Shown: positions 1 to 9,764, counted from the stretch's first letter. The stretch: DNA of 64,000 nt from Ferrithrix thermotolerans DSM 19514 (GCA_945906305.1 CAMDQT010000003.1:98553-162552); one strand, 5' to 3'. Notes: generated by a model from the sequence alone, not told the origin. A program made the numbers and translations.

Positions 1-656
1 TTCGATGGCTTCGGCGGCTTGAAGTAACCGAGGCCGGTGAGCTGCTGGACGGCGAAGCTGTATTGGGTCTTGCGGGGTGGCCGGGGGTGTGGACCACCCC
101 AGGGAGCCTCGCTGTTCCACCGCTTCCACTGACGAATCTGCTGACGGCTGCGGCCAACGACCTCGTGGCTTGTGGCGCGACCAGCGCGGAGGAGTCGTTC
201 CTTTGCTGCGGCCCAACCGTCGAGATCGGTCGGGTCAGCCAATTCTTTGTGCTCGTCATCCTCCTCGGCAGGGTCGAAGAAGGTCTTGAAGTTGGCGTGG
301 GTGATGATCTCTGCCCCGGTCAGTCGGCGGATGTGTCCGGCCGCCCCGAAGTGGTCTGGGTGGGAGTGGGTGATGATCACGGTGTGGACCCGCTCGATCG
401 GCATGTCGGCCTCACGCAGACGACGCACGAGTTCCAACCACGGCTTGCGACCGGGGAGCCCAGGGTCGATGAGGGCGATGCCGCGCTCGTCCTCGATGGC
501 GTAGCAATTCACATGGCCCAGACCCGGCAAGGCGATGGTCAGCTGCAGGCGGATCACGCCCGGGGCGACCTCGGTGGCCTCCGGTTGCGGTGCGCGCTTC
601 TCCTGGCGGACACCACCTGGATTGGCCTCGATCGTGACGGACTGCTGGTCAACCAT
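1..656 (-). CDS. MBL-fold metallo-hydrolase (N-terminal part; 3' end runs off the window)
   Basis: Not in the ORF track because it leaves the window. Hand translation of the reverse strand from the ATG (first base 656) gives MVDQQSVTIEANPGG...GHVNCYAIEDERGIALIDPG...VHTVIITHSHPDHFGAAG. This contains the HxHxDH zinc motif of the metallo-beta-lactamase fold. The frame stays open to position 1. Confidence 0.8.
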   Translation of the reverse strand, partial: MVDQQSVTIEANPGGVRQEKRAPQPEATEVAPGVIRLQLTIALPGLGHVNCYAIEDERGIALIDPGLPGRKPWLELVRRLREADMPIERVHTVIITHSHPDHFGAAGHIRRLTGAEIITHANFKTFFDPAEEDDEHKELADPTDLDGWAAAKERLLRAGRATSHEVVGRSRQQIRQWKRWNSEAPWGGPHPRPPRKTQYSFAVQQLTGLGYFKPPKPS

Positions 657-711
657 GGCCCAAGGCTACCTGACCACAATGTCAAGTTTGGTATTGGTGA
701 TGCTGGGATCG

Positions 712-1266
712 TTAGACCTCGGCCCCGGGCGAGCGGGGCAGGAAAAGCCCGGCCCGGTAGTAGCGCAGTTCAGCCACGCTTTCGCGGATGTCGTCCAGAG
801 CGCGGTGGCTGGTGAGCTTGCGGGGCGCGGCGGCCAACACGTCGGGGTACCAGCGGCGGGCCAATTCCTTGATGGTGGACACGTCGACACTGCGGTAATG
901 CAGGTAGTCCTCAATCTCGGGGAGGTAACGGGCGAGAAAGCGCCGGTCTGTCCCGATGGAGTTGCCACACAACGGCACCGTTCGGGCCTCGGGGATATGG
1001 GCGCGGAGGAAGGTGGCGGTCTGCGCGCCTGCTTCTTCGAGGGTGATCGAGGACTGGCGGATTCGCTCGGTCAGGCCGCTGCTGTGGTGCATCTTGCGCA
1101 CCACAGGGTTCATGGCCAGAAGGGCCTCGTCGCTGACGTGGATGACGAGGTCGGGTCCTTCGGCGATGAGGTTCAACTCATCGTCGGTGATGAGCGTGGC
1201 GATCTCCACGATCAGGTCCTTGGCTGGGTCGAGACCCGTCATCTCCAGATCCATCCAGGCCAGCAT
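712..1266 (-). CDS. orn: Oligoribonuclease (DEDDh 3'-5' exonuclease)
   Basis: 184 aa. Motifs WMDLEMTGLDP..IVEIA, CGNSIGTDRRFL and SHRALDDIRESVAELRYY (H-x4-D). Size and motifs are typical of Orn. Confidence 0.9.
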   Translation of the reverse strand: MLAWMDLEMTGLDPAKDLIVEIATLITDDELNLIAEGPDLVIHVSDEALLAMNPVVRKMHHSSGLTERIRQSSITLEEAGAQTATFLRAHIPEARTVPLCGNSIGTDRRFLARYLPEIEDYLHYRSVDVSTIKELARRWYPDVLAAAPRKLTSHRALDDIRESVAELRYYRAGLFLPRSPGAEV

Positions 1267-1284
1267 GAGAGTACGCCGCCGCGC

Positions 1285-3138
1285 TTAGCGCGGGCCCTTG
1301 AGCTGTTTGCGGCTACGGGCACGTTGGGTGGCGTCGATGATGACCTTGCGCAAGCGCACCACGCTGGGGGTGACCTCGACACATTCGTCAGCGGAGATGA
1401 ACTCCAACGCTTGTTCCAGGGTCATGGCCTTGGGTGGCACCAGCTTCACGAAATCCTCTGCGGTAGAGGAGCGGACGTTGGTGACTTTTTTCTCCCGACA
1501 GATGTTGACGTCCATGTCCTCGCCGCGCGAGTTCTCGCCCACGATCATGCCTTCGTACACGTCGGCACCGGGGGCAACGAAGAGAGCGGCCCGTTCCTGG
1601 ATCTGTTCGATGGCATAGCCGGTGGTGGTTCCGATCCGGTCCGCGACGATCGAACCGGTGGGTCGCATGCGGATCTCGCCCGCCCAGGGATGCCACCCGT
1701 CGAACACGTGGTTGAGCACGCCGGTACCCCGCGTCTCGGTCATGAACTCGGTGCGCACGCCGATCAGGCCGCGGGCGGGAACCCGCCAGTCCATACGGAC
1801 CCAACCGACCCCTTGGGGCAGGACCTGCTCCATGCGACCTTTGCGCACCGACAGCAGCTGGGTCACCGCACCGAGGTACTCGTCTGGCACATCGATCGAG
1901 ACGCGCTCGACCGGCTCGTGGACCTTGCCGTCGATCTCTCGGGTGAGCACTTGGGGTTTGCCCACGGTGAGCTCGAAACCCTCGCGGCGCATCATCTCGA
2001 CCAGCACCGCGAGTTGCAACTCGCCGCGGCCCTGCACCTCCCACTGGTCGGGCCGCTCCGTGTTGGCGACGCGGAGCGAGACGTTGCCGACCAGCTCGGC
2101 GTCGAGGCGGTTTTTGATCAGACGAGCGGTCAGCTTGCGACCGTCGCGTCCCGCGAGGGGCGAGGTGTTGATGCCGATGGTCATCGACAGCGACGGCTCG
2201 TCCACCGTCACCGGTGGCAGGGGCCGGGGGTCGACTGGGTCGGCCAGGGTTTCCCCGATCGTCACGGCGGACAAGCCGGCTACAGCGATGATTTCGCCCG
2301 GGCCGGCCTCGTCGGCGTCGAGGCGCTCGTGACTCTCGGTGATGTACAGCGCCGACAGTTTGACCAGCTCGATCTTGCCATCGAGCTGACACCACGCCAC
2401 GGTCTGGTTGCGCTTGAGATAGCCGTGCTGGATGCGGCACATGGCCAACCGGCCCAGGTAGGGCGAGGCGTCGAGGTTGGTGACCAAGGCGGCGAAGGGG
2501 TGGTCCGGATCATACGATGGTGCCGGAATATGATCGATCAGCTGGTCGAACAGTGGCTTGAGATCGGTACCGGGCACGGCGAGATCGAGCGTGGCTGTAC
2601 CCGCACGGGCATTCGTGTACACCACCGGGAAGTCGAGATGATGGTCGGCATGGGCCAGATCGAGAAACAGCGAGCCGATCTCGTCGAGGACCTCGTCAAT
2701 GCGGGCGTCGGGACGGTCGATCTTGTTGACCACCACCATCACCGGAAGGTCTCGCTCGAGGGCCTTGCGCAGCACGAACCGGGTTTGCGGCAAGGGCCCT
2801 TCGGAGGCGTCAACGAGCAGCAGCACCCCATCCACCATGGTCAGGCCGCGCTCCACCTCGCCGCCGAAGTCGGCGTGGCCTGGTGTGTCGACGATGTTGA
2901 TCTTGACTGCGGTGCCGTCCGCGCCCGTCCAACGCACCGCCGTGTTCTTGGCCAGGATCGTGATGCCCTTTTCGCGTTCGAGGTCCATCGAGTCCATGAC
3001 GCGCTCGACGTCTGCGGAGGAGCCGGCGCGAATGCTGCCCGCCTGGCGCAACATGGCGTCGACCAAGGTTGTCTTGCCGTGGTCAACGTGGGCCACGATG
3101 GCCACATTGCGCAGGTGGGAAACGGTGCGTGAGGTCAT
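1285..3138 (-). CDS. typA: Translational GTPase TypA/BipA
   Basis: 617 aa. [17 protein letters not shown] (G1), [14 protein letters not shown] (G3), VVVNKIDRP (G4), followed by EF-G-like domains and a BipA-type C-terminus. Confidence 0.95.
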   Translation of the reverse strand: MTSRTVSHLRNVAIVAHVDHGKTTLVDAMLRQAGSIRAGSSADVERVMDSMDLEREKGITILAKNTAVRWTGADGTAVKINIVDTPGHADFGGEVERGLTMVDGVLLLVDASEGPLPQTRFVLRKALERDLPVMVVVNKIDRPDARIDEVLDEIGSLFLDLAHADHHLDFPVVYTNARAGTATLDLAVPGTDLKPLFDQLIDHIPAPSYDPDHPFAALVTNLDASPYLGRLAMCRIQHGYLKRNQTVAWCQLDGKIELVKLSALYITESHERLDADEAGPGEIIAVAGLSAVTIGETLADPVDPRPLPPVTVDEPSLSMTIGINTSPLAGRDGRKLTARLIKNRLDAELVGNVSLRVANTERPDQWEVQGRGELQLAVLVEMMRREGFELTVGKPQVLTREIDGKVHEPVERVSIDVPDEYLGAVTQLLSVRKGRMEQVLPQGVGWVRMDWRVPARGLIGVRTEFMTETRGTGVLNHVFDGWHPWAGEIRMRPTGSIVADRIGTTTGYAIEQIQERAALFVAPGADVYEGMIVGENSRGEDMDVNICREKKVTNVRSSTAEDFVKLVPPKAMTLEQALEFISADECVEVTPSVVRLRKVIIDATQRARSRKQLKGPR

Positions 3139-3290
3139 GTGCTCGCCGGTGAACGTGAGAATGGGGCCGGGTAACCCTAGTGGGTATTCGCCGTTTCTCC
3201 TGCTCCAGTTATCGAGTAGTCCGCTCTGGTGTGACTCATGACCGATCGAGTCGGTGCCGATTATTACGTAGTGCTGCGAGGCTTGAACCT

Positions 3291-5561
3291 GTGAATGGAA
3301 CTTTCCGGCCGTCTATCGCGGCGCGGCGCGGTGTTGGGGCTGTCGTGATCGTTGGTGGTCTCATGGCGTCGCTGTTCGTGCCCGCAGCAGTCGCCGCGCC
3401 TGTTCCGTCGGCGCGGAACCTGGTGTTTCCCTTCGCCTCAGGGCCTGACCCTTCAGCACCGGCGTCACCCGCCTTACGCCAATCCGCGGCCGGAGTGGAC
3501 CTTCCGACCGATGGGTCCTTCACGGTGCAAATCATCGGCGGCGGCACGGCGACCCATGTTCCTGCGGCGTCCATTGCGCTGATCACCTTCGTGGACCCCG
3601 GGCCCGACCCCATCGGCGCGTTCAGTTGCACCGGGACTTTGGTGGCTCCCCAATGGGTGCTGACGGCAGCTCACTGCCTGGTCGTGGACGGCGGCGACCC
3701 GTTATCGGCGGAAAACGACGCCGCGGGGTATGCCGTGTACGTCGGCAGTGGCCTGTCCGGCACCGCCAGGACCGTGGACGATGTGGTGATCAACCCTGGA
3801 TATCAGGTCGCGCAACCAGCGGAGGACGTGCCGGGTTATTTCAAGATTATGGAACCGGTCGACGTGGGGGAGCCGCACGAGTGGGAGCCCGGGAGGAAGA
3901 ACGTGCCGAACTACCGCGGCACCGACGACTTCGGGCTACTGCACCTCACGAGCGCCCCGGCGGCGCCCCCGGTGCGATTGGCCACCGACGACGTGTTGAG
4001 CCAGGAGGGACGCAGCGTCTGGGCGGCGGGCTGGGGGTTGACCTCGGGCAGCGGCAGCAGCGGGTCGGCCACCTTGCAGGAGGCGGCCATGACGGTGGCC
4101 GACTCCACGTACTGTGAGATTGCCTGGTCGCCGCTCGAGAACAACGTCGGCGACCGATTGGCTTCGCCGATCAGCTTCTTCAGTCCCGGCCCGAACACGT
4201 GTTATTACGGCAAGACCACCGCCACCTGCTCCGGCGATTCCGGTGGCCCGGTCATGAGTCAAGACGAGACCGGGGGCTGGTGGCTGGTCGCCACCACCAT
4301 TGGTGGTGCCGCCGGCTGCCCGGTCGACAAGCCCTACGTCGGGGTGCGTTCGCAGTGGATGGCGGCCTGGGTGGCCCAGGTGACCGGCGAAGCCCAGAAC
4401 GGGCGCAGCGGCGAGAGCTTCAATGCCATCTCGCCGGTTCGGATCATCGACTCGCGCGAAGGCGTCGGGGTGCAGTTCATCCCGTCGCCCGTGAGCGAAC
4501 CAACGGCGTATCTGCCCGTGCCGAAGCTGCCCGCGAACCACGTGACCCTCAAGCCGGTGTATGGCGAATACGGCGTGGTGGGTCTACCCGTCGCCGGAGT
4601 GGCCGGTGTCGTGCTCAACGTGACGATTGATCAGCCCAGCGCCCCCGGTTTTGTCAGCGTGTATCCGTGTGTGGACGGATGGGAAGGAACCTCGAGCGTG
4701 AACTTCGTGCCGGGACAGACCGTGGCCAACCTGGTGGTGTCCAAGGTCGATCGCAACGGCGATTTCTGTGTCCTCGCGGCGGTGGAGACCGCGGTCATCG
4801 TGGATGTGACCGGCTGGCTCGGTCCCCAAGGCAGCGACTCGGCCACAAAGTCGACCACCCCGGTGCGGCTGTACGACAGCCGCCGTGAGGTGGACGGCGC
4901 GACCGCGGTGGCGGCATTGACGACCGCGAGGGTGCAGGTCACCGGTCCGGGCAAGGCCCCGTCGGGGGCCAAGGCCGCCGCGCTGAACGTGACCTCGACC
5001 GGAGCCCAAAACGTGGGCTTCGTGACGGTCTTTCCGTGCGACCAGCCTCTGCCGCTGGCGTCGAACCTCAATCCGTTCCCGGGACGCGACATACCGAACT
5101 CGGCCATGGTCAAGCTCAGCCCCGCAGGTGAAATCTGCCTGTACACCAACATCACGACGCACCTGGTGGTCGACCTCAACGGCTGGATGGTCGAGTCGAC
5201 GCCCGGCACGGTGAGGACCCTGCCGCCGAGCCGGTTGCGCGACACTCGCGAGGAACCGTCGGGCAAGATGGTGGCGGCGACGCCGCAGCCCTTGCACGTC
5301 ACCGGCGTGGGCGGCGTGCCCGTGTCGGGGGTGGATTCGGTGCTGCTCAATGTCACTGTCACCGAGCCGGAAAACTCGCGCTTCCTCGTGGTGTACCCCT
5401 GCGACCAGCCTCGGCCTCTCGCGTCCAACCTGAACTTCTTCAGCGGTCAAACCGTGGCCGCGGCGGTGATGGCGGCGGTGGACGGGTCCGGTGACGTGTG
5501 CTTCTGGTCGCTCGCGTCTACCCACCTGGTGGTCGATGTGACCGGGTTCGTGCGAACCTGA
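3291..5561 (+). CDS. Secreted trypsin-like (S1) serine protease with three C-terminal repeat modules
   Basis: ORF 3180..5561. The in-frame GTG at 3291 precedes a signal-like segment GAVVIVGGLMASLFVPAAVAAP. Catalytic motifs are WVLTAAHC (His), DDFGLLHL (Asp) and CSGDSGGPV (Ser). Three related ~110-145 aa repeats follow from nt 4419. The start is uncertain (3180-3363). Confidence 0.8.
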   Translation: MNGTFRPSIAARRGVGAVVIVGGLMASLFVPAAVAAPVPSARNLVFPFASGPDPSAPASPALRQSAAGVDLPTDGSFTVQIIGGGTATHVPAASIALITFVDPGPDPIGAFSCTGTLVAPQWVLTAAHCLVVDGGDPLSAENDAAGYAVYVGSGLSGTARTVDDVVINPGYQVAQPAEDVPGYFKIMEPVDVGEPHEWEPGRKNVPNYRGTDDFGLLHLTSAPAAPPVRLATDDVLSQEGRSVWAAGWGLTSGSGSSGSATLQEAAMTVADSTYCEIAWSPLENNVGDRLASPISFFSPGPNTCYYGKTTATCSGDSGGPVMSQDETGGWWLVATTIGGAAGCPVDKPYVGVRSQWMAAWVAQVTGEAQNGRSGESFNAISPVRIIDSREGVGVQFIPSPVSEPTAYLPVPKLPANHVTLKPVYGEYGVVGLPVAGVAGVVLNVTIDQPSAPGFVSVYPCVDGWEGTSSVNFVPGQTVANLVVSKVDRNGDFCVLAAVETAVIVDVTGWLGPQGSDSATKSTTPVRLYDSRREVDGATAVAALTTARVQVTGPGKAPSGAKAAALNVTSTGAQNVGFVTVFPCDQPLPLASNLNPFPGRDIPNSAMVKLSPAGEICLYTNITTHLVVDLNGWMVESTPGTVRTLPPSRLRDTREEPSGKMVAATPQPLHVTGVGGVPVSGVDSVLLNVTVTEPENSRFLVVYPCDQPRPLASNLNFFSGQTVAAAVMAAVDGSGDVCFWSLASTHLVVDVTGFVRT

Positions 5562-5565
5562 GGGT

Positions 5566-6027
5566 GTGCCACCCGATCTGCCATCCAAACCGATCGAACT
5601 CCAAGTCGTGCGCCTGGACCGCGAGATGGACCTGCCCCGCCCGGCCCGCCCCGGTGACGCGGGCCTTGACCTGCTCGCCGTTCACGACCTGCACCTTGAG
5701 CCAGCCGGCGGCCGCGGCGTGGTCGGGACCGGGTTGGCCATTGCGGTGCCTTTCGGCTGCGCGGGCCTGGTGCTGCCCCGCAGCGGCCTGGCCCGAAACC
5801 ACGGGGTGACCTGCCTGAACGCGCCGGGCCTGATCGACGCGGGCTATCGCGGTGAGTTGCAGGTGCTGCTGGTGAACACCGATCCCACCCTGCCCTACAC
5901 CGTGCGCCGGGGGGACCGAATCGCCCAGTTGGTGCTGATGAGCTTCCAGCCCGTGACTTTCGTCGAAGTCGACAGCCTCGACGAATCCGAGCGAGGGGTG
6001 GCGGGGTGGGGACACAGCGGGCGTTGA
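5566..6027 (+). CDS. dut: dUTP diphosphatase
   Basis: 153 aa. Motifs GDAGLDL, PRSGLA, GLIDAGYRGEL, GDRIAQLV and a C-terminal Gly-rich tail. GTG start 5 nt after the protease stop. Confidence 0.95.
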   Translation: MPPDLPSKPIELQVVRLDREMDLPRPARPGDAGLDLLAVHDLHLEPAGGRGVVGTGLAIAVPFGCAGLVLPRSGLARNHGVTCLNAPGLIDAGYRGELQVLLVNTDPTLPYTVRRGDRIAQLVLMSFQPVTFVEVDSLDESERGVAGWGHSGR

Positions 6028-6037
6028 GGTCACGTGG

Positions 6038-6694
6038 TTGGACGCTCACGAACGTTGGGGGCAACTGAGCGTGGCGCTCATGGTGGACGAGGCCCGGTGG
6101 TGGTGGCGCGGCCGGCGCTGGGCACACCTGGCCTCCGACCTTGACATCGACGAACTGCATCGCTTCGCGGCGCTCGCGGGCCTGCACCGGGTTTCTTTCG
6201 GCGGCGATCACTACGACGTCACCGAGCCGCAGCGGAGCGAGGCCATCGCGGCGGGGGTCGAGGCGGTGACATCACGCGAGCTGGTCCGCCGATTGCAGCG
6301 CAGCGGGTTGCGCCGGGCGGTGCGATCCGGCTCGCACCGCTGGTTGTGGGTGGCGAACACCGTGTGGGATCCCGCCGCCGGAATCGGTGACGGCCCGGCG
6401 AATCGGTTGGAAGCGCTAGTGGCATGGAGGCCGTCGGAGGCCGTGGCCACCTACCTCGCCGAGGTGAGCCGCGTTTGGGCCGACCGGCCCTTTGACGTAC
6501 GAGTGCTGGTGCGGCCTCCAGAGTTGGCTTTGCAGCTGTCCGATCCGACCAACCGGGATGACCACACGGTCGCTGGGCTGTCCCTGCCGCCGTTGCCAGA
6601 CACCGTTCGTGGGTGTTGGATCACCGCACCCGCTGCGGCCCGGCTGCTCGAACTGTTCATCTCCGCGCCGGATCTGCCGATAACCCAACGGTGA
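6038..6694 (+). CDS. DUF4031-like domain protein with unassigned C-terminal half
   Basis: 218 aa. The N-terminal WWWRGRRWAHLASDLDIDELHRFAALAGL...GDHYDV resembles the DUF4031 signature as I remember it. I recognise no motif in the remaining ~130 aa. Confidence 0.65.
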   Translation: MDAHERWGQLSVALMVDEARWWWRGRRWAHLASDLDIDELHRFAALAGLHRVSFGGDHYDVTEPQRSEAIAAGVEAVTSRELVRRLQRSGLRRAVRSGSHRWLWVANTVWDPAAGIGDGPANRLEALVAWRPSEAVATYLAEVSRVWADRPFDVRVLVRPPELALQLSDPTNRDDHTVAGLSLPPLPDTVRGCWITAPAAARLLELFISAPDLPITQR

Positions 6695-6759
6695 GGTCCG
6701 TACGGCCTGGGGCGACCTGCCGCGGGGTCTGGGACCGAGCGACGGGGGAGGGGTACGTG

Positions 6760-6933
6760 ATGACGCACTGGATCAACGACCACGCGGTACTGGGCCGTGT
6801 GGCCTGTGGCGGTTTGGCCACGGTGGCGGTGCTGCGCCTTCACCCGGCACCGTGGGTCATGGCCCTGGGAATTTGCGCCGTGTGGCCAGTGGGCGTGGCG
6901 GCGTGTTGCAAGGTCCGTCCCCGACCCGTGTAG
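6760..6933 (+). CDS. Candidate small two-helix membrane protein (57 aa)
   Basis: Internal start within ORF 6613..6933. ATG at 6760 (GTG at 6757) lies 6 nt after the strong Shine-Dalgarno-like GGGGGAGGGG (6744-6753). Product is MTHWINDHAVLGRVACGGLATVAVLRLHPAPWVMALGICAVWPVGVAACCKVRPRPV. Third codon positions are mostly G/C, as in neighbouring genes. Confidence 0.35.
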   Translation: MTHWINDHAVLGRVACGGLATVAVLRLHPAPWVMALGICAVWPVGVAACCKVRPRPV

Positions 6934-6949
6934 CGCCAGCCCGTCCTGT

Positions 6950-7738
6950 TCAGCCGAGCAGGGCGCAAACGGCGGCGGCGGTCGCTTCGGGCTGTTCATA
7001 GGGGAGCATGTGGGCGGCGCCGTCGATGAGGTGCAGCTCCGCCACGGTGCCAGTGAGCAGCTCCTGGTAACGCTCGGCGTACACCGGTGGCAGCAGCTTG
7101 TCCTGTTGGCCCCACACGAGCACCGTCGCGGTGCTCACCCGGTACAACCGTTTGGACAGACGGCGATTTGGGATGGGGAAGAGGATCTTGCCCGCGGTAC
7201 CCAGCTTGCGGGCGTTGCCGACAAGGAACTGTTTGAGGGCGTCGTCGTCCCCGAAGTCCAACCCTGCGGTCAGCACCTGCTCGCCGGCCTTGGGGTCGCT
7301 GAAGAGCACCTCGGCGAGTTCGAAGGGCAGCATGGCGAAAATGTCCGGTACCGGATGGTCATCGAGCCACAGGCCGGCCGCCGCCAGCAACGCCAGTCCG
7401 CTCAGGCCAGTGGGGTTGATGGCAGCCATCTCGGCGGCGATCATGCCGCCCATCGAGTGGCCGACAAGACACGGCCGGTCGAGCCCCAGGCACTCGATGA
7501 GGTCCCACCCGTGCAGCGTGAAGTCGAGCATGTCTTCCAGTCGAGATTCGGTCATCTCCTCGCCGAAACCCGGCCATTCGGGAGCGAAGACGGCGAAGTG
7601 CTCGGCGAGACATTCCAGCACTGGCTCGGTTGGCATCAACCCCCCGGCCCCGTGCAGGTAGACCAGCGGGGGGTTGGCGTCCGTTCCGAGGGTACGGACC
7701 TTGGCCTCGATGCCCCGCCGGGTGGTGACACTGCGCAT
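6950..7738 (-). CDS. Alpha/beta-fold hydrolase
   Basis: ORF 6950..7843, trimmed to the ATG at 7738 (MRSVTTRRG), which lies 8 nt after the upstream LLM gene stop. Motifs PLVYLHGAGG, nucleophile elbow GHSMGG and C-terminal DGAAHML (His). Confidence 0.8.
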   Translation of the reverse strand: MRSVTTRRGIEAKVRTLGTDANPPLVYLHGAGGLMPTEPVLECLAEHFAVFAPEWPGFGEEMTESRLEDMLDFTLHGWDLIECLGLDRPCLVGHSMGGMIAAEMAAINPTGLSGLALLAAAGLWLDDHPVPDIFAMLPFELAEVLFSDPKAGEQVLTAGLDFGDDDALKQFLVGNARKLGTAGKILFPIPNRRLSKRLYRVSTATVLVWGQQDKLLPPVYAERYQELLTGTVAELHLIDGAAHMLPYEQPEATAAAVCALLG

Positions 7739-7746
7739 CGCGCTGC

Positions 7747-9021
7747 TCACAGAACTCCCTCGGGGGTGTCGGGATAGCGACGCGCGCGGTTCAGGTCGTC
7801 GCCCTCGTGCCGGACACGGTTGGCGAGCGGCTTGCACCACCACTGCTCGGAGTCATAGTCAGGCCAGATGTTGCGAAGCCGAGGCATGACCTTTTCGGCG
7901 AAAAGCTGCGTCGAGTACCGGGTTTTCCAGTCGGGCATGTTGCCGATGCTCATCAAGCAGAAGACGGTGCCGACCCGCAGTGAGGTGGCCAGGTACTCCA
8001 TTTGTTCGGCCACCGTGTCGGGGCTGCCGGCGATGACGAAGCCCCCGTCGACGAGGTCTTTCCAGGTGAGCTTGGTGAACATTTCGATGTTCTCCTTGCG
8101 TAGCTGGTTGAGCTTGCCCGCCTTGATGGTGTCCACCGTTCGGTACCCCGCAGGGTCGGAGAAGCCGGGGTAGACGTGCAGGCAGCGGTTGAAGAAGTAC
8201 AGGACGTGCTCGGCGTAGAGCTTTTCGGCTTCTTCGTCGGTGTCCGCCACACACATGATCTGGGCGAAGCTGGTGCGATAGGGCGAATCGTCGCGGTCAC
8301 CACGCTCGGCCTGGCGATCCCAGAACCCATCGAGCATGGCCTTGCCACCCTTGTAGCCGTTGAAGCTGAGGTAGCTGTAGTTGTAATCGTGGTCGAGGCA
8401 GAAGTCCCACGTCTCGATCGAGCCGCCGCCGGGGATGTACACCGGCGGGTGCGGTTTCTGTACCGGCTTGGGCCACAGGTTCACATAGCGCAGCTGGTTG
8501 TACTTACCGTCGAACGCGAACACCTCGTCTCGGGTCCACGCCTGAATGATCATGTCGTGGGCTTCGGCGTACTTGTCCCTGGTGAGGGCAGGGATCTGGC
8601 CGTAGGTGAAGTTGGTGTCCATGGCGGTGCCCACCGGGAAGCCCGCCACGAGCCGACCGCCGGAGATGCAGTCGAGCATGGCGAACTCCTCCGCGACACG
8701 TAGCGGCGGGTTGTACAGCGCGATGGAATTGCCGATGACACAGATGGCGGCGTCGGAGGTCCGTCGGGCCAGGCTGGCGGCGATGATGTTGGGTGAGGGC
8801 ATCAACCCATAGGCGTTTTGGTGATGCTCGTTGCAGCCGAGGCCGTCGAAGCCAACGGACTCCGCGAACTCGAGTTGGTCCAGATACATGTTGTACAGGT
8901 CATGGCCCTTTTCAGGGTCGAACAACGTGTTGGGGATGTCGACCCAAACCGACCGGTAGGTCTCCCGGAAGTCCTCGGGGAGATACGGCCACGGCTGCAG
9001 GTTGAACCAGACGAACTTCAT
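7747..9021 (-). CDS. LLM-class (luciferase-like) flavin/F420-dependent oxidoreductase
   Basis: ORF 7747..9039. MKFVWFNLQPWPYLPEDF...GFDGLGCNEHHQNAYGLMPSPN...GGRLVAGFPVG is typical of the large LLM family. The ATG at 9021 is preferred because GGGGGT lies just upstream. Confidence 0.8.
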   Translation of the reverse strand: MKFVWFNLQPWPYLPEDFRETYRSVWVDIPNTLFDPEKGHDLYNMYLDQLEFAESVGFDGLGCNEHHQNAYGLMPSPNIIAASLARRTSDAAICVIGNSIALYNPPLRVAEEFAMLDCISGGRLVAGFPVGTAMDTNFTYGQIPALTRDKYAEAHDMIIQAWTRDEVFAFDGKYNQLRYVNLWPKPVQKPHPPVYIPGGGSIETWDFCLDHDYNYSYLSFNGYKGGKAMLDGFWDRQAERGDRDDSPYRTSFAQIMCVADTDEEAEKLYAEHVLYFFNRCLHVYPGFSDPAGYRTVDTIKAGKLNQLRKENIEMFTKLTWKDLVDGGFVIAGSPDTVAEQMEYLATSLRVGTVFCLMSIGNMPDWKTRYSTQLFAEKVMPRLRNIWPDYDSEQWWCKPLANRVRHEGDDLNRARRYPDTPEGVL

Positions 9022-9146
9022 GAGCTTGCTACCCCCCATTGAACGGTTGCTCGGTCCCCCTTCGGCCGCCTTTGCCAGGCCGCGCTCGACGGGGAACGGC
9101 TTGACGATATCGGTTCAACGACGGGCAGATACGGCGCACGGCAACG

Positions 9147-9764
9147 GTGCTGGGCCAGACTGGGCCGGTGGACAACCGTGACGCCGTCGATCCCACTGTT
9201 CCCGCGGCCCTGGCGGTGTTCGAGAACCTGGCGCGCCGCCGACGGACCAACCTGCGTATCGACACCGAGCGGGCCGTACCGGCGGAGTTGGTAGTTCGTC
9301 TTTGCGAACTGGCCCAGTGGGCCCCGAACCATCATCGGAGCTGGCCTTGGCGTTTCGCGGCGCTCACCGGCGACGCGCGGCGGCGCCTCGGTGGCTTGGT
9401 GGCGGAAGATCTGCGGACCCGTGACAGCACGCCCGAGCGGATCACCAAGGCCGAGGGCAAGTATCTCCGCGCTCCGCTGATGTTGGCCGTGGCGGTGGGT
9501 CACGGCCCCGATGACGATGCGGAACGACGGGCCGAGGACCGAGATGCCGTGGCCGCCGGTGTGCAGAACCTACTCCTGGGGGCTACGGCGGCCGGGCTGG
9601 CCAGCTACTGGGGTAGCGGGGCGGTGCTGGGGTTGAGCGAGGTCAAGGCGTTGTGTGGGTTCGCGCCCGGCGACACACTGGCCGCTTTGATCTACCTTGG
9701 CTATCCCCTAGGCGACGTGGTGGCGCCGATTCGGCCGGAGCCGATTCTGCACCTGGTTTCCTGA
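9147..9764 (+). CDS. Nitroreductase-family protein
   Basis: 205 aa. ...RRRRTNLRID..AVPAELVVRLCELAQWAPNHHRSWPWRF... is a typical nitroreductase N-terminal signature. GTG start. Confidence 0.75.
   Translation: MLGQTGPVDNRDAVDPTVPAALAVFENLARRRRTNLRIDTERAVPAELVVRLCELAQWAPNHHRSWPWRFAALTGDARRRLGGLVAEDLRTRDSTPERITKAEGKYLRAPLMLAVAVGHGPDDDAERRAEDRDAVAAGVQNLLLGATAAGLASYWGSGAVLGLSEVKALCGFAPGDTLAALIYLGYPLGDVVAPIRPEPILHLVS

Noticed and set aside
535-3132. 865-aa plus-strand ORF, with many similar long ORFs throughout the track (for example 63..815, 1388..2440, 18010..19221, 31626..32864, 57322..58317)
   Set aside because: They lie antisense or out of frame to genes with unmistakable conserved motifs (typA, purF, the ABC-F gene, prfC). 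Their translations are low-complexity Arg/Gly/Ala/Pro-rich with no motifs. This is the usual stop-codon-poor shadow ORF of high-GC DNA.
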